Source of the DNA: an uncultured delta proteobacterium
GTDB lineage: Bacteria; Desulfobacterota; Binatia; UBA9968
Assembly: GCA_963728565.1 (NCBI GenBank)
Contig: CAVSLC010000001.1
Span: 32,001 to 96,000, forward strand
DNA length: 64,000 bases
Direction: 5' to 3'
Part shown: one piece after another, positions 41,626 to 51,819 of the stretch
How the letters are laid out: every line of letters starts with the position of its first letter
Position numbering within the stretch: position 1 is the stretch's first letter
Program-made: the position numbers and the translations under genes
Notes under the pieces: model-generated
The model's input: only the letters and a program-made list of their open reading frames with translations
Database searches by the model: none
Told to the model about the DNA's origin: nothing

Positions 41626-42164
41626 CTGCCCTCTGCGGGATCCACTCTCACTCTATCGCCGACTTGAACAAACGGCGGCACTTGAATGGTAACTCCGGTT
41701 TCGAGTTTCGCCGGTTTGTAGGACGCGCTTGCCGTAGCTCCTTTCATCGAGGGTTCGGTATCGACGACTTCCAGATCCACGGTGGATGGCGGGCTGATCC
41801 CCACCGGCTTACCATCGTACAATTCCACTTCCACCACATGATTAGGCAGCAGAAACGATAGCAGGTCTCCGATATCATCGGCCGATAATGTCATCTGCTC
41901 ATAGTTCTCAGTGTCCATGAAGGTGTGCATATCTCCTTCAGCATATAAGTATTGCATCTGTCGAGTTTGCAAAATCGCCTGGTCGACACGATCTTCAGAG
42001 CGAAACTTGTATTCGGTACCTACACCGGTACGTAGGCTTTTCATTTTAGTCTGCATGAATCCCCGCTTGTTGCCGGGGGTCAGATGGTGCACCGCGGTGA
42101 CACGATAGAGATCATTTTCATGAACGATAATCATGCCGGGTCTTAGTTGAGTTGCTTGAATCAT
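41604..42164 (-). CDS. efp: Elongation factor P
   Basis: MQYLY, FMDTENYEQ, KPAKLETG, VPPFV; loop TPGNKRG. Confidence 0.95.
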   Translation of the reverse strand: MIQATQLRPGMIIVHENDLYRVTAVHHLTPGNKRGFMQTKMKSLRTGVGTEYKFRSEDRVDQAILQTRQMQYLYAEGDMHTFMDTENYEQMTLSADDIGDLLSFLLPNHVVEVELYDGKPVGISPPSTVDLEVVDTEPSMKGATASASYKPAKLETGVTIQVPPFVQVGDRVRVDPAEGSYLERVK

Positions 42165-42243
42165 ATTAACTTCCTTCCTTCGCCACCGCCGCTGTTGTTA
42201 CCGGGGTGCTACGCTTCATCTATTCGTCTAGTTCAACCTATAA

Positions 42244-43503
42244 TCATGCATACAAGCCGCGCCATAGCATGGCCCGCGCAACGCGATCGATGCCGATCAT
42301 CAAAGCGGCTAGCCGCATTTCGACCTCTTGTTTCTGACTCATCTGCAGGACTTCGTGAAATGCTTTGACCAGAATATCCCGCAATTTTCTGGTAATCTCC
42401 TCTTCAGTCCAAAAGAAATTTTGCAAGTCCTGCACCCATTCAAAGTACGACACAACCACACCGCCGGCATTGGCCAAGATGTCGGGGATGACAAAGATGT
42501 CCTTATCCCGCAGTATTGCATCGGCTTCCGGCGTTGTGGGACCATTCGCTCCCTCTGCCAGGATGCGACACTGCAAACGTTGAGCATTTTCTTTGGTGAT
42601 CTGCATTTCCAATGCAGCCGGAACTAGAATGTCGCATTTAAGCTCCAAGAGTTCTGCATTGGTAATTTTCTGTCCGTACGGGAAAGCTTCAAGACTATGA
42701 GTTTGAGAGGCGATCTCGAGCAGTCTGGCTATCGGCAAACCGTTGGCGTCATAAAAGCCGCCCGTCCGATCTGCCACACCGATTATCCTCACGCCGATGT
42801 CATTGAGTTCCTTTACGACGACCGAGCCGACATTACCAAATCCTTGGACTGCCGCGGTGCATTTGCTGAGATCAATTCCTAGATGGTTAGCGGCTTCGAT
42901 GATCGTGTATACAACACCACGACCGGTTGCTTCTCTTCGTCCCAAGGTACCACCGATAGCGACCGGCTTCCCGGTGACTATTTCGGGAACTGCGTGGCCT
43001 TTGTGCTGCGAGTAAGTGTCCATAATCCAGGCCATGATCTGCTCGTTGGTTCCCATATCCGGCGCCGGCACATCGATCTCGGGGCCGATGAAGTTGAGGA
43101 TTTCAGCAGTGTAACGCCTGGTCATGGATTGAAGCTCATTGCGTGACAACTCGGCCGGGTCGCAGGCGATACCGCCCTTTGCTCCGCCAAGGGGAAGGCC
43201 CACAAGGGAGCATTTCCAAGTCATCCACATCGCCAAAGCGGAGACTTCGCCCAGGCTTACACTTGGGTGGTATCGGAGTCCTCCTTTGAACGGCCCCAAA
43301 ACATCATTGTGCTGCACTCGATAGCCGGTGAAAACATTGACCCTACCATCGTCCATTCGGGTGGGCACACTGACAACCATGGCCCGGTCCGGCCTGCGCA
43401 ATCGAACAGCAAGATTGGGATCAAGTCCCAGCTTGGCAGCGGCGACATCGAATTGTTGCACGGCCATGTCGCTGGTTTCATTGCGCCATTCAGTAGTCGC
43501 CAT
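42244..43503 (-). CDS. gdhA: Glutamate dehydrogenase (Glu/Leu/Phe/Val family)
   Basis: GPFKGGLR, GGAKGG, DVPAPD, ATGRG, QGFGNVG, EGANGP. Confidence 0.92.
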   Translation of the reverse strand: MATTEWRNETSDMAVQQFDVAAAKLGLDPNLAVRLRRPDRAMVVSVPTRMDDGRVNVFTGYRVQHNDVLGPFKGGLRYHPSVSLGEVSALAMWMTWKCSLVGLPLGGAKGGIACDPAELSRNELQSMTRRYTAEILNFIGPEIDVPAPDMGTNEQIMAWIMDTYSQHKGHAVPEIVTGKPVAIGGTLGRREATGRGVVYTIIEAANHLGIDLSKCTAAVQGFGNVGSVVVKELNDIGVRIIGVADRTGGFYDANGLPIARLLEIASQTHSLEAFPYGQKITNAELLELKCDILVPAALEMQITKENAQRLQCRILAEGANGPTTPEADAILRDKDIFVIPDILANAGGVVVSYFEWVQDLQNFFWTEEEITRKLRDILVKAFHEVLQMSQKQEVEMRLAALMIGIDRVARAMLWRGLYA

Positions 43504-43553
43504 ATAGCTTCGTTAGCTCCATGATATTTCTTTGTTAAAATCAGCGACTCGCA

Positions 43554-43898
43554 CTAGCCGGGAGGCCAACCCATCTGACGGCCACCGAGCAGGTGGTAAT
43601 GCAGGTGAAAAACGGTCTGACCGGCATCGGCGCCGCAATTGACGACGATACGATAACCGCTTTTTGCGACTCCGAGCTGCTCGGCTAGCTTCCCGGCTGC
43701 GCGGAAAACTGCAGCAACTATCTTGCCGTCGTTCGGCGTTAAATCCGAAAGCATCGCGATATGCGCAGTCGGTATGATCAAAACATGAACCGGCGCTCGG
43801 GGCACGATGTCCTTGAAGGCGATCACGGTTTCATCGCGGTAGACGACATCGGCTTTGATGCTGCCATTGACGATCCCGCAGAAGAGGCAATCACTCAT
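43554..43898 (-). CDS. hinT: Histidine triad nucleotide-binding protein
   Basis: CLFC, GQTVFHLHYHLLGGR. Confidence 0.92.
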   Translation of the reverse strand: MSDCLFCGIVNGSIKADVVYRDETVIAFKDIVPRAPVHVLIIPTAHIAMLSDLTPNDGKIVAAVFRAAGKLAEQLGVAKSGYRIVVNCGADAGQTVFHLHYHLLGGRQMGWPPG

Positions 43899-43928
43899 AC
43901 TCGCGCTCCGGTTTTATCTTCGATCGAA

Positions 43929-44306
43929 TCAATCCCCGGCATCTGAGCATTTGGCAAAAATTTTCTCGCCTTCGATTTCCAGCGAGACACTCTGGAGCGC
44001 AAGACCGGCGCAGGGGCCCCAGATACAGTCGCCGGTCTTGGGCTCGAACACGGCGCCATGATTGGCGCACATCAGATAACGACCATCGACCGAGAAGAAC
44101 TGATTATCAACCCAATCCAATGTGATTCCGACATGAGGGCAACGGTTTCTATAAGCGAAGAATGTCCCCTCGTAATTGACGAGTAATGCTTCCAAGTCGC
44201 GATCGCCGGACCGGATGGTAAATTTTTTACTGGCGCCATGAGCCAGTTCACCCACTTGGCCGACGAGTTTTCTTTTGCCGATCTTTTTTTCTTTGGCTGC
44301 AGTCAT
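43929..44306 (-). CDS. Rieske 2Fe-2S ferredoxin
   Basis: NRCPH...CANHGA. Confidence 0.9.
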   Translation of the reverse strand: MTAAKEKKIGKRKLVGQVGELAHGASKKFTIRSGDRDLEALLVNYEGTFFAYRNRCPHVGITLDWVDNQFFSVDGRYLMCANHGAVFEPKTGDCIWGPCAGLALQSVSLEIEGEKIFAKCSDAGD

Positions 44307-44315
44307 GCTGGCGCT

Positions 44316-44795
44316 TCACTCCTTGAGATAGGACAGGTCTCCTTCCGGGCATCCGACCAAAATTTCGCCCCGATCTACTCTGACGGGCAAGCGATAGAGC
44401 GCTTGGCCCTTGCAAGGTCCGTCAACACACAACCCGGTGGCAAATTCATAAAGAGCGCCATGGGTATAGCACATCAAGTATTTCCCGTCAGCGCTGACAA
44501 ATCGGTCACGAATAAAATCCAAAGGCGTCGGCATATGGCGGCAGCGATTCACATAAGCATGAAAGTTTCCTCGTTCGTTCACTAAAAACCCGTCGACCCG
44601 ATACTTTTGGCAAATGATCCAAAATTTCTTGACCGAACCGGGACTCAGGTCTTCGACCTGGCTGATAACTCTGGCGCCATCGCGGCTTTCATCGCGCATC
44701 CGCCGTTTGTCGCGCAAAAAGTTGCCTCGGTGAATGCCTAGGCTAACTAGGTAAAGAACAAGAAAAACAATCGACAGGTAAACAGTGATTTCCAC
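44316..44795 (-). CDS. Rieske 2Fe-2S ferredoxin with N-terminal TM anchor
   Basis: Hydrophobic N-terminus; NRCRH...CYTHGA. Confidence 0.88.
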   Translation of the reverse strand: MEITVYLSIVFLVLYLVSLGIHRGNFLRDKRRMRDESRDGARVISQVEDLSPGSVKKFWIICQKYRVDGFLVNERGNFHAYVNRCRHMPTPLDFIRDRFVSADGKYLMCYTHGALYEFATGLCVDGPCKGQALYRLPVRVDRGEILVGCPEGDLSYLKE

Positions 44796-44813
44796 GGCAG
44801 GTAAGTGAGAGAG

Positions 44814-45137
44814 CTATTTCGAATCCTTATCGACCGAATGACGGATCCGCTTGACGTTCTCAGTTGTCTGCTGCCCTGATATTCCCATGACCTTCATCAA
44901 CTCAGTTGTCATTTCGGCAGTGACCTGATCTTGTACGCTTCCGTTTCCGTCCGGGTCGGCTTTCAAGAAGGTCATGATCTTCTGCTTGGCCACTCCAGTC
45001 TGCTCGAGCCCATCGAGAAACTCGCCAAATCCGACTTTGCCACGCAACTCATCGACTCGCCCCATGAGCTTTTTACAGTCCGGACACATACGCGACCACA
45101 AACTCGAGCGGTCGCCGCAGTAAACACATTGACGCAT
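44814..45137 (-). CDS. Hypothetical protein with N-terminal zinc ribbon
   Basis: CVYC...CPDC; embedded in the operon. Confidence 0.7.
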   Translation of the reverse strand: MRQCVYCGDRSSLWSRMCPDCKKLMGRVDELRGKVGFGEFLDGLEQTGVAKQKIMTFLKADPDGNGSVQDQVTAEMTTELMKVMGISGQQTTENVKRIRHSVDKDSK

Positions 45138-45155
45138 ATCGATAACGATTAGAAT

Positions 45156-45959
45156 TTATCCGTCGCGTGCCATAGCTTCCACCCACAAGCGCTGCAGTCC
45201 GTCGGCCAAAGATGCATTGGCGGCAACAACGCCGCGATGTTTGGCTTGCGGCCGATTAAACATCAAATCAGCGCCGGGCCCATCAACAACTTTGCCGCCG
45301 GCCTCGAGCACAATCAACACGCCTGCGCAGATATCCCACTCGTGAATCGAGCGGAACGTCAGCGTGCCATCGCCGTCACCCCCGGCTATTTTGGCCAATC
45401 TAAAGGCAATGCTGCCGACTTTCTGGATCTCGCAATGGTCGACGAATACCTGGAATTTCCGCTGCGGCTCCGAGCGGCTGACCAGCAGCAACGCGCCCTC
45501 TAGCGAACTGCGTTGAGAAACGCTAATCGGCTTATCGTTCAAGTAGGCTCCCTGGCCGGCCGCGGCCTTGTAGAGCGAATCTTCGGCCGGGTTGTAAACC
45601 GCCGCGACAGTTGGCCGCCCATCAACGACGAAGCCAATTGACACTGCAAACTGGGGGACGCCTTCAATAAATTCTTTAGTCCCATCTATTGGATCAATGA
45701 TCCAAATTCGGGAGGAACTCAGCCGTTTCGGGCTGTCCCGATCTTCCTCGGAAAGCCATCCGTCGTTTGCAAACCTGCCCGTGATAATTTCGCGAATTCT
45801 GCGATTTGCTTCGATATCGGCGGTCGTGACGGGATTATTTTTACTCTTTTCACGAATATCAAATTGTCCCTTGAACAGCCGCATCACAATCGAGCCTGCT
45901 TCGCGGACCGCTTCTTCGGCAGTCGCCAACTCTTCTCTATAATCATGATCAGCCGTCAT
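45156..45959 (-). CDS. cysQ: Inositol monophosphatase / CysQ family phosphatase
   Basis: PVTTAD, LSEE, IIDPIDGTKEF, EWDICAG. Confidence 0.85.
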   Translation of the reverse strand: MTADHDYREELATAEEAVREAGSIVMRLFKGQFDIREKSKNNPVTTADIEANRRIREIITGRFANDGWLSEEDRDSPKRLSSSRIWIIDPIDGTKEFIEGVPQFAVSIGFVVDGRPTVAAVYNPAEDSLYKAAAGQGAYLNDKPISVSQRSSLEGALLLVSRSEPQRKFQVFVDHCEIQKVGSIAFRLAKIAGGDGDGTLTFRSIHEWDICAGVLIVLEAGGKVVDGPGADLMFNRPQAKHRGVVAANASLADGLQRLWVEAMARDG

Positions 45960-46052
45960 TAACCACCTTGAGCGCTAAATCGGTTTTCGGGACGGGACAC
46001 CCAGCCAAACCGATAGGGAACCTAGCATCGATGTTCAGAGCGACAACAAATT

Positions 46053-46646
46053 TCATTCAAGACGAAAACTGTCTACAGGAGATGCGACGATAACCCCGGC
46101 GTTGACCATAGCGTCAATGGCTTGAGCAGAATCCTCGGGTTGGAGATTGACGCCGCAGATTGCGTCTTGGAGAAGGACAACCTGAAATCCCTGCATGAGG
46201 CCTTCGAGCACAGTTTCTTTGACACAATAATCGGTGGCCAATCCGCCGACATAAATCCGTTCGATTCCGCGTTGCCTTAGAAGATCTTTCAAAGCCGCGC
46301 CGCGCGAATCCGCGGCAGCAAAAGCGGAGTAGCTATCCTCGTCTGCGGCCGTCCCTTTGGATAGAACGACAGCATCGTTGCTGATCTTCAAGTCAGGATG
46401 AAACTCTGCGCCTTTTGATCCTTGAATGCAGTGAGGCGGCCATACCCCTCCTGCCGTATTGAAATGACTCGTCCTCGGCGGATGCCAGTCCCGAGTAACA
46501 AAGACCGGCATGCCCGCTTGAACGAACCTTTCAATGTAGCGGTTGAGAACCGGCACAATACGATCGCCGTTCTGCACGGCCAGAGCGCCGCCTGGACAGA
46601 AATCATTTTGCACGTCGACAATCAACAGCGCTTTGTTCATTTCCAT
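46053..46646 (-). CDS. pncA: Nicotinamidase/pyrazinamidase
   Basis: VDVQNDFCPGG, DWHP, WPPHC, YSAF, GLATDYCV. Confidence 0.93.
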   Translation of the reverse strand: MEMNKALLIVDVQNDFCPGGALAVQNGDRIVPVLNRYIERFVQAGMPVFVTRDWHPPRTSHFNTAGGVWPPHCIQGSKGAEFHPDLKISNDAVVLSKGTAADEDSYSAFAAADSRGAALKDLLRQRGIERIYVGGLATDYCVKETVLEGLMQGFQVVLLQDAICGVNLQPEDSAQAIDAMVNAGVIVASPVDSFRLE

Positions 46647-46716
46647 CGATTTGTATTCATTATAGAGAATGATACCGTCGTTGCAATTGAGACTGTCGGA
46701 ACAAATGGATCACTGA

Positions 46717-47421
46717 ATGTCAATCAAAGCAGTTTTCTTCGACGCCGCGGGAACCCTCATTACGCCGGTCAGGCCCGTGGGTCAAACTTATAGTTCATTC
46801 GCTAAAACCTACGGCATGGAGGTTTCTTCTTTAGAGATCTCGGAACGTTTTCGAACCTGTTTTGACGCCTCGCCCCCGCTCACGTTTGGTCCGGTCTCGC
46901 CGGGATCATTCGAACAGCTCGAGCGCGATTGGTGGAAAAAACTAGTGCAGTGCGTCTTTCAACCCCTGGGACGGTTCGAGCAATTCGATCAATTTTTCAG
47001 CGAACTGTTTTCATATTTTGCCCGACCGGAGGCTTGGACTTTGTACCCTGATGTCGTAGAAACCTTGTCGACCCTGCAAAAACGCGGCTTGGCGTTGGAT
47101 GTCATCTCCAATTTTGATTCTCGTCTAATCGAAATACTCGCGGGACTCGGGATGGCCGGCTATTTTGAAGAGGTTTTCATTTCAAGCCGGGTCGGTCATG
47201 CAAAACCTGCGCGGCAGATCTTTGAAATGGCCTTGAAACGGCACAGCCTGACGCCTGGCGAGGCCATGCACGTCGGCGATAGCGAAGAAAACGATTTATA
47301 CGGTGCCGCTAACGCCGGACTGTTGGGAGTTCTCATCGATCGAAGATCGTATGAACGGCCGGGGAACTATCGGCAGATTAAAACTCTGAACGAAATTATC
47401 TCAATTCTCGATCAGGATTAA
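46717..47421 (+). CDS. HAD-IA hydrolase (REG-2-like)
   Basis: FFDAAGTL, ISNFD, KP, HVGDS..ND. Confidence 0.9.
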   Translation: MSIKAVFFDAAGTLITPVRPVGQTYSSFAKTYGMEVSSLEISERFRTCFDASPPLTFGPVSPGSFEQLERDWWKKLVQCVFQPLGRFEQFDQFFSELFSYFARPEAWTLYPDVVETLSTLQKRGLALDVISNFDSRLIEILAGLGMAGYFEEVFISSRVGHAKPARQIFEMALKRHSLTPGEAMHVGDSEENDLYGAANAGLLGVLIDRRSYERPGNYRQIKTLNEIISILDQD

Positions 47422-47435
47422 AGGCGGTTGCACAC

Positions 47436-47464
47436 TTGACACGCCAGGGCGGCTACGGTAAACG
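47436..47464 (+). promoter_or_regulatory. Sigma70-like promoter
   Basis: TTGACA-N17-TAAACG upstream of ATG 47487. Confidence 0.5.
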
Positions 47465-47486
47465 CCTGCTAACTTTGGGGGAATGA

Positions 47487-48200
47487 ATGGCACAATCTAG
47501 CTGGCAACAAACTACATCCGACAACAGCACGATGCGCATGCACTTGAGCGTTGCCGAAGGACCCGGTCCTTTTCCAGGCATGGTGGTCATCCAGCACCAA
47601 TGGGGCGTTGACGAGTTCATGCAGAGTATCACAGCGCGATTAGCGCAAGCGGGCTACGTCGCCGCTGCGCCGGATCTCTATCACCGCGATGGCCCTGAAT
47701 GCACCGACGATGTTATTGCACGCCGCTCCCGGCTCAGTGATCGCAAAGTTATCAATGATGTCCATGCGAGCGTGAAATTCCTGCGATCTCAACCGGCCGT
47801 TGATGAGAATCGATTGGGCATTATCGGTTTTTGCATGGGCGGTCGCATCGTCTATCTCATGGCTGCTGCCAGTTCCGACTTTAAAGCGGCGGTCGTTTTC
47901 TACGGAGGTAACACGTTTCGCGCCTGGGGCCGCGACCTTCCCTCGCCATTTGAGCGGACTTCGGAAATTCATTGCGCGCTCCAAGGTCACTTCGGCGCCG
48001 ATGATCAGAACCCGTCCCCCGACGATATGCGCAAGCTCGATCTTGAGCTTACGAAGTTTGACAAAAAGCACGAGTTCTATTCATACCCGGACGCCGCCCA
48101 TGCATTCATGGACCATACCCGTGAGAGCTACCGCCGTCATGCAGATGAGGCTGCGTGGCCGCGAACTTTGGAGTTTTTGACAGCGCATTTGTCAACTTAG
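47487..48200 (+). CDS. Dienelactone hydrolase family protein
   Basis: APDLYHR, GFCMGG, YPDAAHAF. Confidence 0.92.
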   Translation: MAQSSWQQTTSDNSTMRMHLSVAEGPGPFPGMVVIQHQWGVDEFMQSITARLAQAGYVAAAPDLYHRDGPECTDDVIARRSRLSDRKVINDVHASVKFLRSQPAVDENRLGIIGFCMGGRIVYLMAAASSDFKAAVVFYGGNTFRAWGRDLPSPFERTSEIHCALQGHFGADDQNPSPDDMRKLDLELTKFDKKHEFYSYPDAAHAFMDHTRESYRRHADEAAWPRTLEFLTAHLST

Positions 48201-48241
48201 CCGGTCCTGTAAAGTGAACGATAACGATCAAGGATAACAAC

Positions 48242-48934
48242 GTGCGCAATACCAGACCGGAACGCAAAGCCGTGGCGGACGCCCTGGTTCGAGAACGCCA
48301 ACGAATCTCGCGCGAGCTCCATGACCGGGCGCTGCAAATCTTATCAAGCGTTAGATTAAGAGCTGAAGTATGCCGCGACCAGCTCGTGACCGACCAAGAA
48401 TCTTTACGGCGGGAGCTAAAAATTATCGAGAAAGAAATCGACACAGTCATCCTCGAAATCCGCAACATACTCGCTGAGACCCAAGAACGAAGAGAACTCA
48501 AGGCGGGCTCGTTGGAGCGAAGACTCAAGGCGGAGCTCGATATCTTTCGCGCGCGAACCGGTTTTAACTTGGATTTTCGCTGCACTGTGCATGCGCGCGA
48601 CTTGCCCCAGGAGATCGAACGAGAATTGTATTTCACGTTGAGAGAAGGCGTTCTCAACGCTGTGCGACATGCCCGTGCATCGCAACTGACATTGGCGCTA
48701 TCCAGAGATGCCACGAGCTGCAACGCCCGATTGATCGATAATGGTGTCGGCTTCGACATGTCGACAGCGGAAGGCGGCAATCATTACGGCCTAAGAAGCA
48801 TGCGCGAGCGAATGAAGAGGGTCGGCGGCGAGCTCACGGTAGAGTCGGCGCCGGGGGCCGGCACACGGCTCTACATCACAATACCTTTGGGCGAACCAGT
48901 GAATGCTTCGGGATCGGCTAAAACACCCGTCTAA
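48242..48934 (+). CDS. HisKA_3 (NarX/DegS-like) histidine kinase lacking a sensor domain
   Basis: ERQRISRELHD, EGVLNAVRHA, DNGVGF, GLRSMRER, GAGT. Confidence 0.85.
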   Translation: MRNTRPERKAVADALVRERQRISRELHDRALQILSSVRLRAEVCRDQLVTDQESLRRELKIIEKEIDTVILEIRNILAETQERRELKAGSLERRLKAELDIFRARTGFNLDFRCTVHARDLPQEIERELYFTLREGVLNAVRHARASQLTLALSRDATSCNARLIDNGVGFDMSTAEGGNHYGLRSMRERMKRVGGELTVESAPGAGTRLYITIPLGEPVNASGSAKTPV

Positions 48935-49043
48935 TCTAACATTAACAAGCGCCAAAGCTACGCAGCGGAATACTATCCCAAGAAGCTGCGGTTAGGTCTA
49001 AGGAGTTCTCCGTAGCCGAAGCTGTCGATGCTGCGCAGACGAT

Positions 49044-49544
49044 TCATTGCGCGGCGAGATTGGCCAAACTTTCTCCCGTCAGCCGAAACACGGTCCAACC
49101 GTTCATTGGGACCGCACCGAGCTTGGTATAGAAATCTACGGCGGGTTTATTCCAGTCTAGCACAGACCATTCGAGCCGGCCGCAGTTTCGCTCGATGGCT
49201 AAGCGCGCTACGTAGCGCAGTAACGCTGCCCCGAACCCCCTCCTGCGGTATGGTTCATCGACGAAGAGATCCTCAATGTAGAGCCCCGGCCGGCCCAAGA
49301 AAGTCGAATAGTTGTGGAAGAACAGCACCAAGCCAATCGGTTTGCTCTGGAAAAAGCCGATGGCAACCTCCGCCGTTTTCCCCGAGCTAAATAGGGTCTC
49401 CCTCAACGACTCCTCGGTGGCGACGACTTCGTCCGCAAGTCTTTCATAGTGGGCGAGCTTTTTGATGAAACAAAGAATCAACGGCACATCATCGATAGTA
49501 GCCCGGCGTATTTCAAAATCCGGCAAACTCCCCGAGAAACTCAT
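49044..49544 (-). CDS. GNAT acetyltransferase (SSAT-like)
   Basis: LAHYE, YSTFLGRPGLYIEDLFV, RLEWSVLDWN. Confidence 0.9.
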   Translation of the reverse strand: MSFSGSLPDFEIRRATIDDVPLILCFIKKLAHYERLADEVVATEESLRETLFSSGKTAEVAIGFFQSKPIGLVLFFHNYSTFLGRPGLYIEDLFVDEPYRRRGFGAALLRYVARLAIERNCGRLEWSVLDWNKPAVDFYTKLGAVPMNGWTVFRLTGESLANLAAQ

Positions 49545-49602
49545 GTGTCCTCTTTGGCCAGGGTCAATCCCTGCGCTCTGCTCGATGGAGCCAGCGAAGA
49601 AG

Positions 49603-51819
49603 TTACTTCTTAGCTTCTTTAAGAGCGCGCCAGACACGTTCAGGGGTCAGCGGCAGGTCTTTGATACGAACTCCTGTGGCCCGCTCCAACGCATTGCAAA
49701 CGGATGGCGCCACCGATAACAAACCGCCTTCACCCATACCACGAACTCCATAGGGACCCGGACCGTCCTCGTTCTCCACCAAGACCGTACGGAACTCCTC
49801 AGGAGTATCGTTGAAACTCGGCACTCGGTAATCAACCAGATTCGGGTTGAGCAGATTACCGTTGGCGTCATAGACCATCTGTTCAAACAGCGTATGACCG
49901 ATTCCCATCATAGCCGCGCCCTCTTCCTGGCCGACGCAGCCCTCTGGATGGATCGCCTTACCGACGTCCGCAACGGAAATCAAACGCTTGACGCCAATTT
50001 CACCGGTATCTTCGTCGATCTGGAGTTCGACCATGCCCATGCCGACTTCCCAGAATACCGGCATTTTGTTCTCCGTTAGTCCTGGAGTGGTCTCGCCGTG
50101 TCCGATCAACTCGCCACCGGAGCCTTTACCGAAACGGCGCTCGAGCGCTTCTTGGAACGTCAGACGCGCCTCGCCGCTAATCAGAGAGCCATCCTGAAGT
50201 TTGACCTGGTTCTGTGGCACGCGAAATGTCTCCGCAGCAATCATGACCAATTGTTTTCTCAAATCTCGAGCCGCGCCTTGCACCGCGTTACCCATACAGG
50301 TGGTCGACCGGCTGGAACCCGTTGAGCTATCATAAGGCGTGACTTTGGTGTCCGCACCGGCCACACGAATACGATCGAGCGGAATACTCAATTCCTCGGC
50401 GGCGATCTGGGAGAGAACCGTTCGCACTCCTTGCCCCATCTCGGTGCTGCCGGCGAAAAGATTCACGACGCCGTCGGACTGCAGGCGTGCCATGGCAACT
50501 GATACCGGGGTGGCTCCCGCATTGGTCACGGCGCAGGCTAATCCAACCGGCGCAGCCTTCTTCTTGGTTATGGATTTCCATTGGCTCGCGCCGACGAGCT
50601 TCTTAAGGCCGTAATTCAAATCCGCATCGATGCCTTTAAGACCGGGACGGAGTTCCTCACCCTTTTTCAAGAGATTTTTTTGGCGCAATTCCGCCGGATC
50701 CATGCCTAGACGGGCCGCCGCAATGTCGATTTGTGATTCGCCTGCGAAAATAACCTGCGGCGCGCCGATCGCGCGAAACGAACCCGCGGAACCGGAGTTG
50801 GTATACACCGAATATGCATGCGTCAGAATATTAGGAATCCGATAAGGACCAATGACGCGTGTGGCCGCGCGAATCGTGACGGCCGGGCCATTGTCGTCAT
50901 AGGCGCCGGTGTCGAGATAGATTTCAGCCTCCCGGGCAGTGATCGTGCCATCGTTCTTGAAACCGGTTTTGACCCTCACCTGCGCCGCGTGGCGGCGGAC
51001 TGTGATCATGGACTCGCCGACCGAGTTACAAACTCGAACAGGCGCTTTCGCTTTGCGCGCCAAGGCGACAACCAGCGGCTCGAACTTGGTGTACGACTTG
51101 CTGCCATAGCCTCCACCCAAATATGAGATCACCATCCGCACTCTCGACGTCGGCAAACGAAATACTTTGGCGATATCGCCCCGTACCTGGAAGGGATGCT
51201 GCGCCGAAGACCAAACAGTGACGCCGTCTTCATTCCAATGCGCAATGACGGCGTGCGGCTCCATCGCATAATGATAAACCATCGGAAACGTAAACTGGTC
51301 TTCGAGAACCAAATGAGACTGCGCAAAGGCCTCGTGCACATCGCCGCGGACCACGCTCTCGTGACTGCAGATATTGCCGCTCCGCCCTTCGTGTATCAGA
51401 GCAGCGCCGGGGGCGCGCGCCCTATCGATGCCGATGGCGGCCGGAAGCTCCTGATATTGCACCTCGATTAGCGCGGCAGCCTGTTCAGCCGTCGCCAGAT
51501 CGACTGCCGCAACAGCTGCTACTGGTTCTCCAACGTAACGGACCTTATTCATGGCAATCACCGGGCGCCCGGAATAAATGGCATTGAGATCCGATATATC
51601 GGCATTCGTCAGTACCGCCGCGACGCCTTCAAGCGCCTCGGCTTTGGACGCGTCGATCGAGACAATCCTCGCGTGAGGATAGGAACTGCGAACCACCTTC
51701 CCGTGCAGCATCCCGGGCACAGACAAATCGCCGAGAAATTTCGCCTGGCCTGTAACTTTTTCGATGCCATCTACTCGCGGGACACTCTGACCGACAAACT
51801 TGAGCGATTGTTTGACCAT
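49603..51819 (-). CDS. Xanthine dehydrogenase family molybdopterin-binding subunit (stand-alone)
   Basis: KVTG, MEPH, GGGYGSK, FRAIGAPQ, EMGQG, RGMGEG. Confidence 0.92.
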   Translation of the reverse strand: MVKQSLKFVGQSVPRVDGIEKVTGQAKFLGDLSVPGMLHGKVVRSSYPHARIVSIDASKAEALEGVAAVLTNADISDLNAIYSGRPVIAMNKVRYVGEPVAAVAAVDLATAEQAAALIEVQYQELPAAIGIDRARAPGAALIHEGRSGNICSHESVVRGDVHEAFAQSHLVLEDQFTFPMVYHYAMEPHAVIAHWNEDGVTVWSSAQHPFQVRGDIAKVFRLPTSRVRMVISYLGGGYGSKSYTKFEPLVVALARKAKAPVRVCNSVGESMITVRRHAAQVRVKTGFKNDGTITAREAEIYLDTGAYDDNGPAVTIRAATRVIGPYRIPNILTHAYSVYTNSGSAGSFRAIGAPQVIFAGESQIDIAAARLGMDPAELRQKNLLKKGEELRPGLKGIDADLNYGLKKLVGASQWKSITKKKAAPVGLACAVTNAGATPVSVAMARLQSDGVVNLFAGSTEMGQGVRTVLSQIAAEELSIPLDRIRVAGADTKVTPYDSSTGSSRSTTCMGNAVQGAARDLRKQLVMIAAETFRVPQNQVKLQDGSLISGEARLTFQEALERRFGKGSGGELIGHGETTPGLTENKMPVFWEVGMGMVELQIDEDTGEIGVKRLISVADVGKAIHPEGCVGQEEGAAMMGIGHTLFEQMVYDANGNLLNPNLVDYRVPSFNDTPEEFRTVLVENEDGPGPYGVRGMGEGGLLSVAPSVCNALERATGVRIKDLPLTPERVWRALKEAKK

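Noticed and set aside
49603-51819. Aerobic CO dehydrogenase CoxL
   Set aside because: The active-site loop is AGSFRAIG, not AYxCSFR
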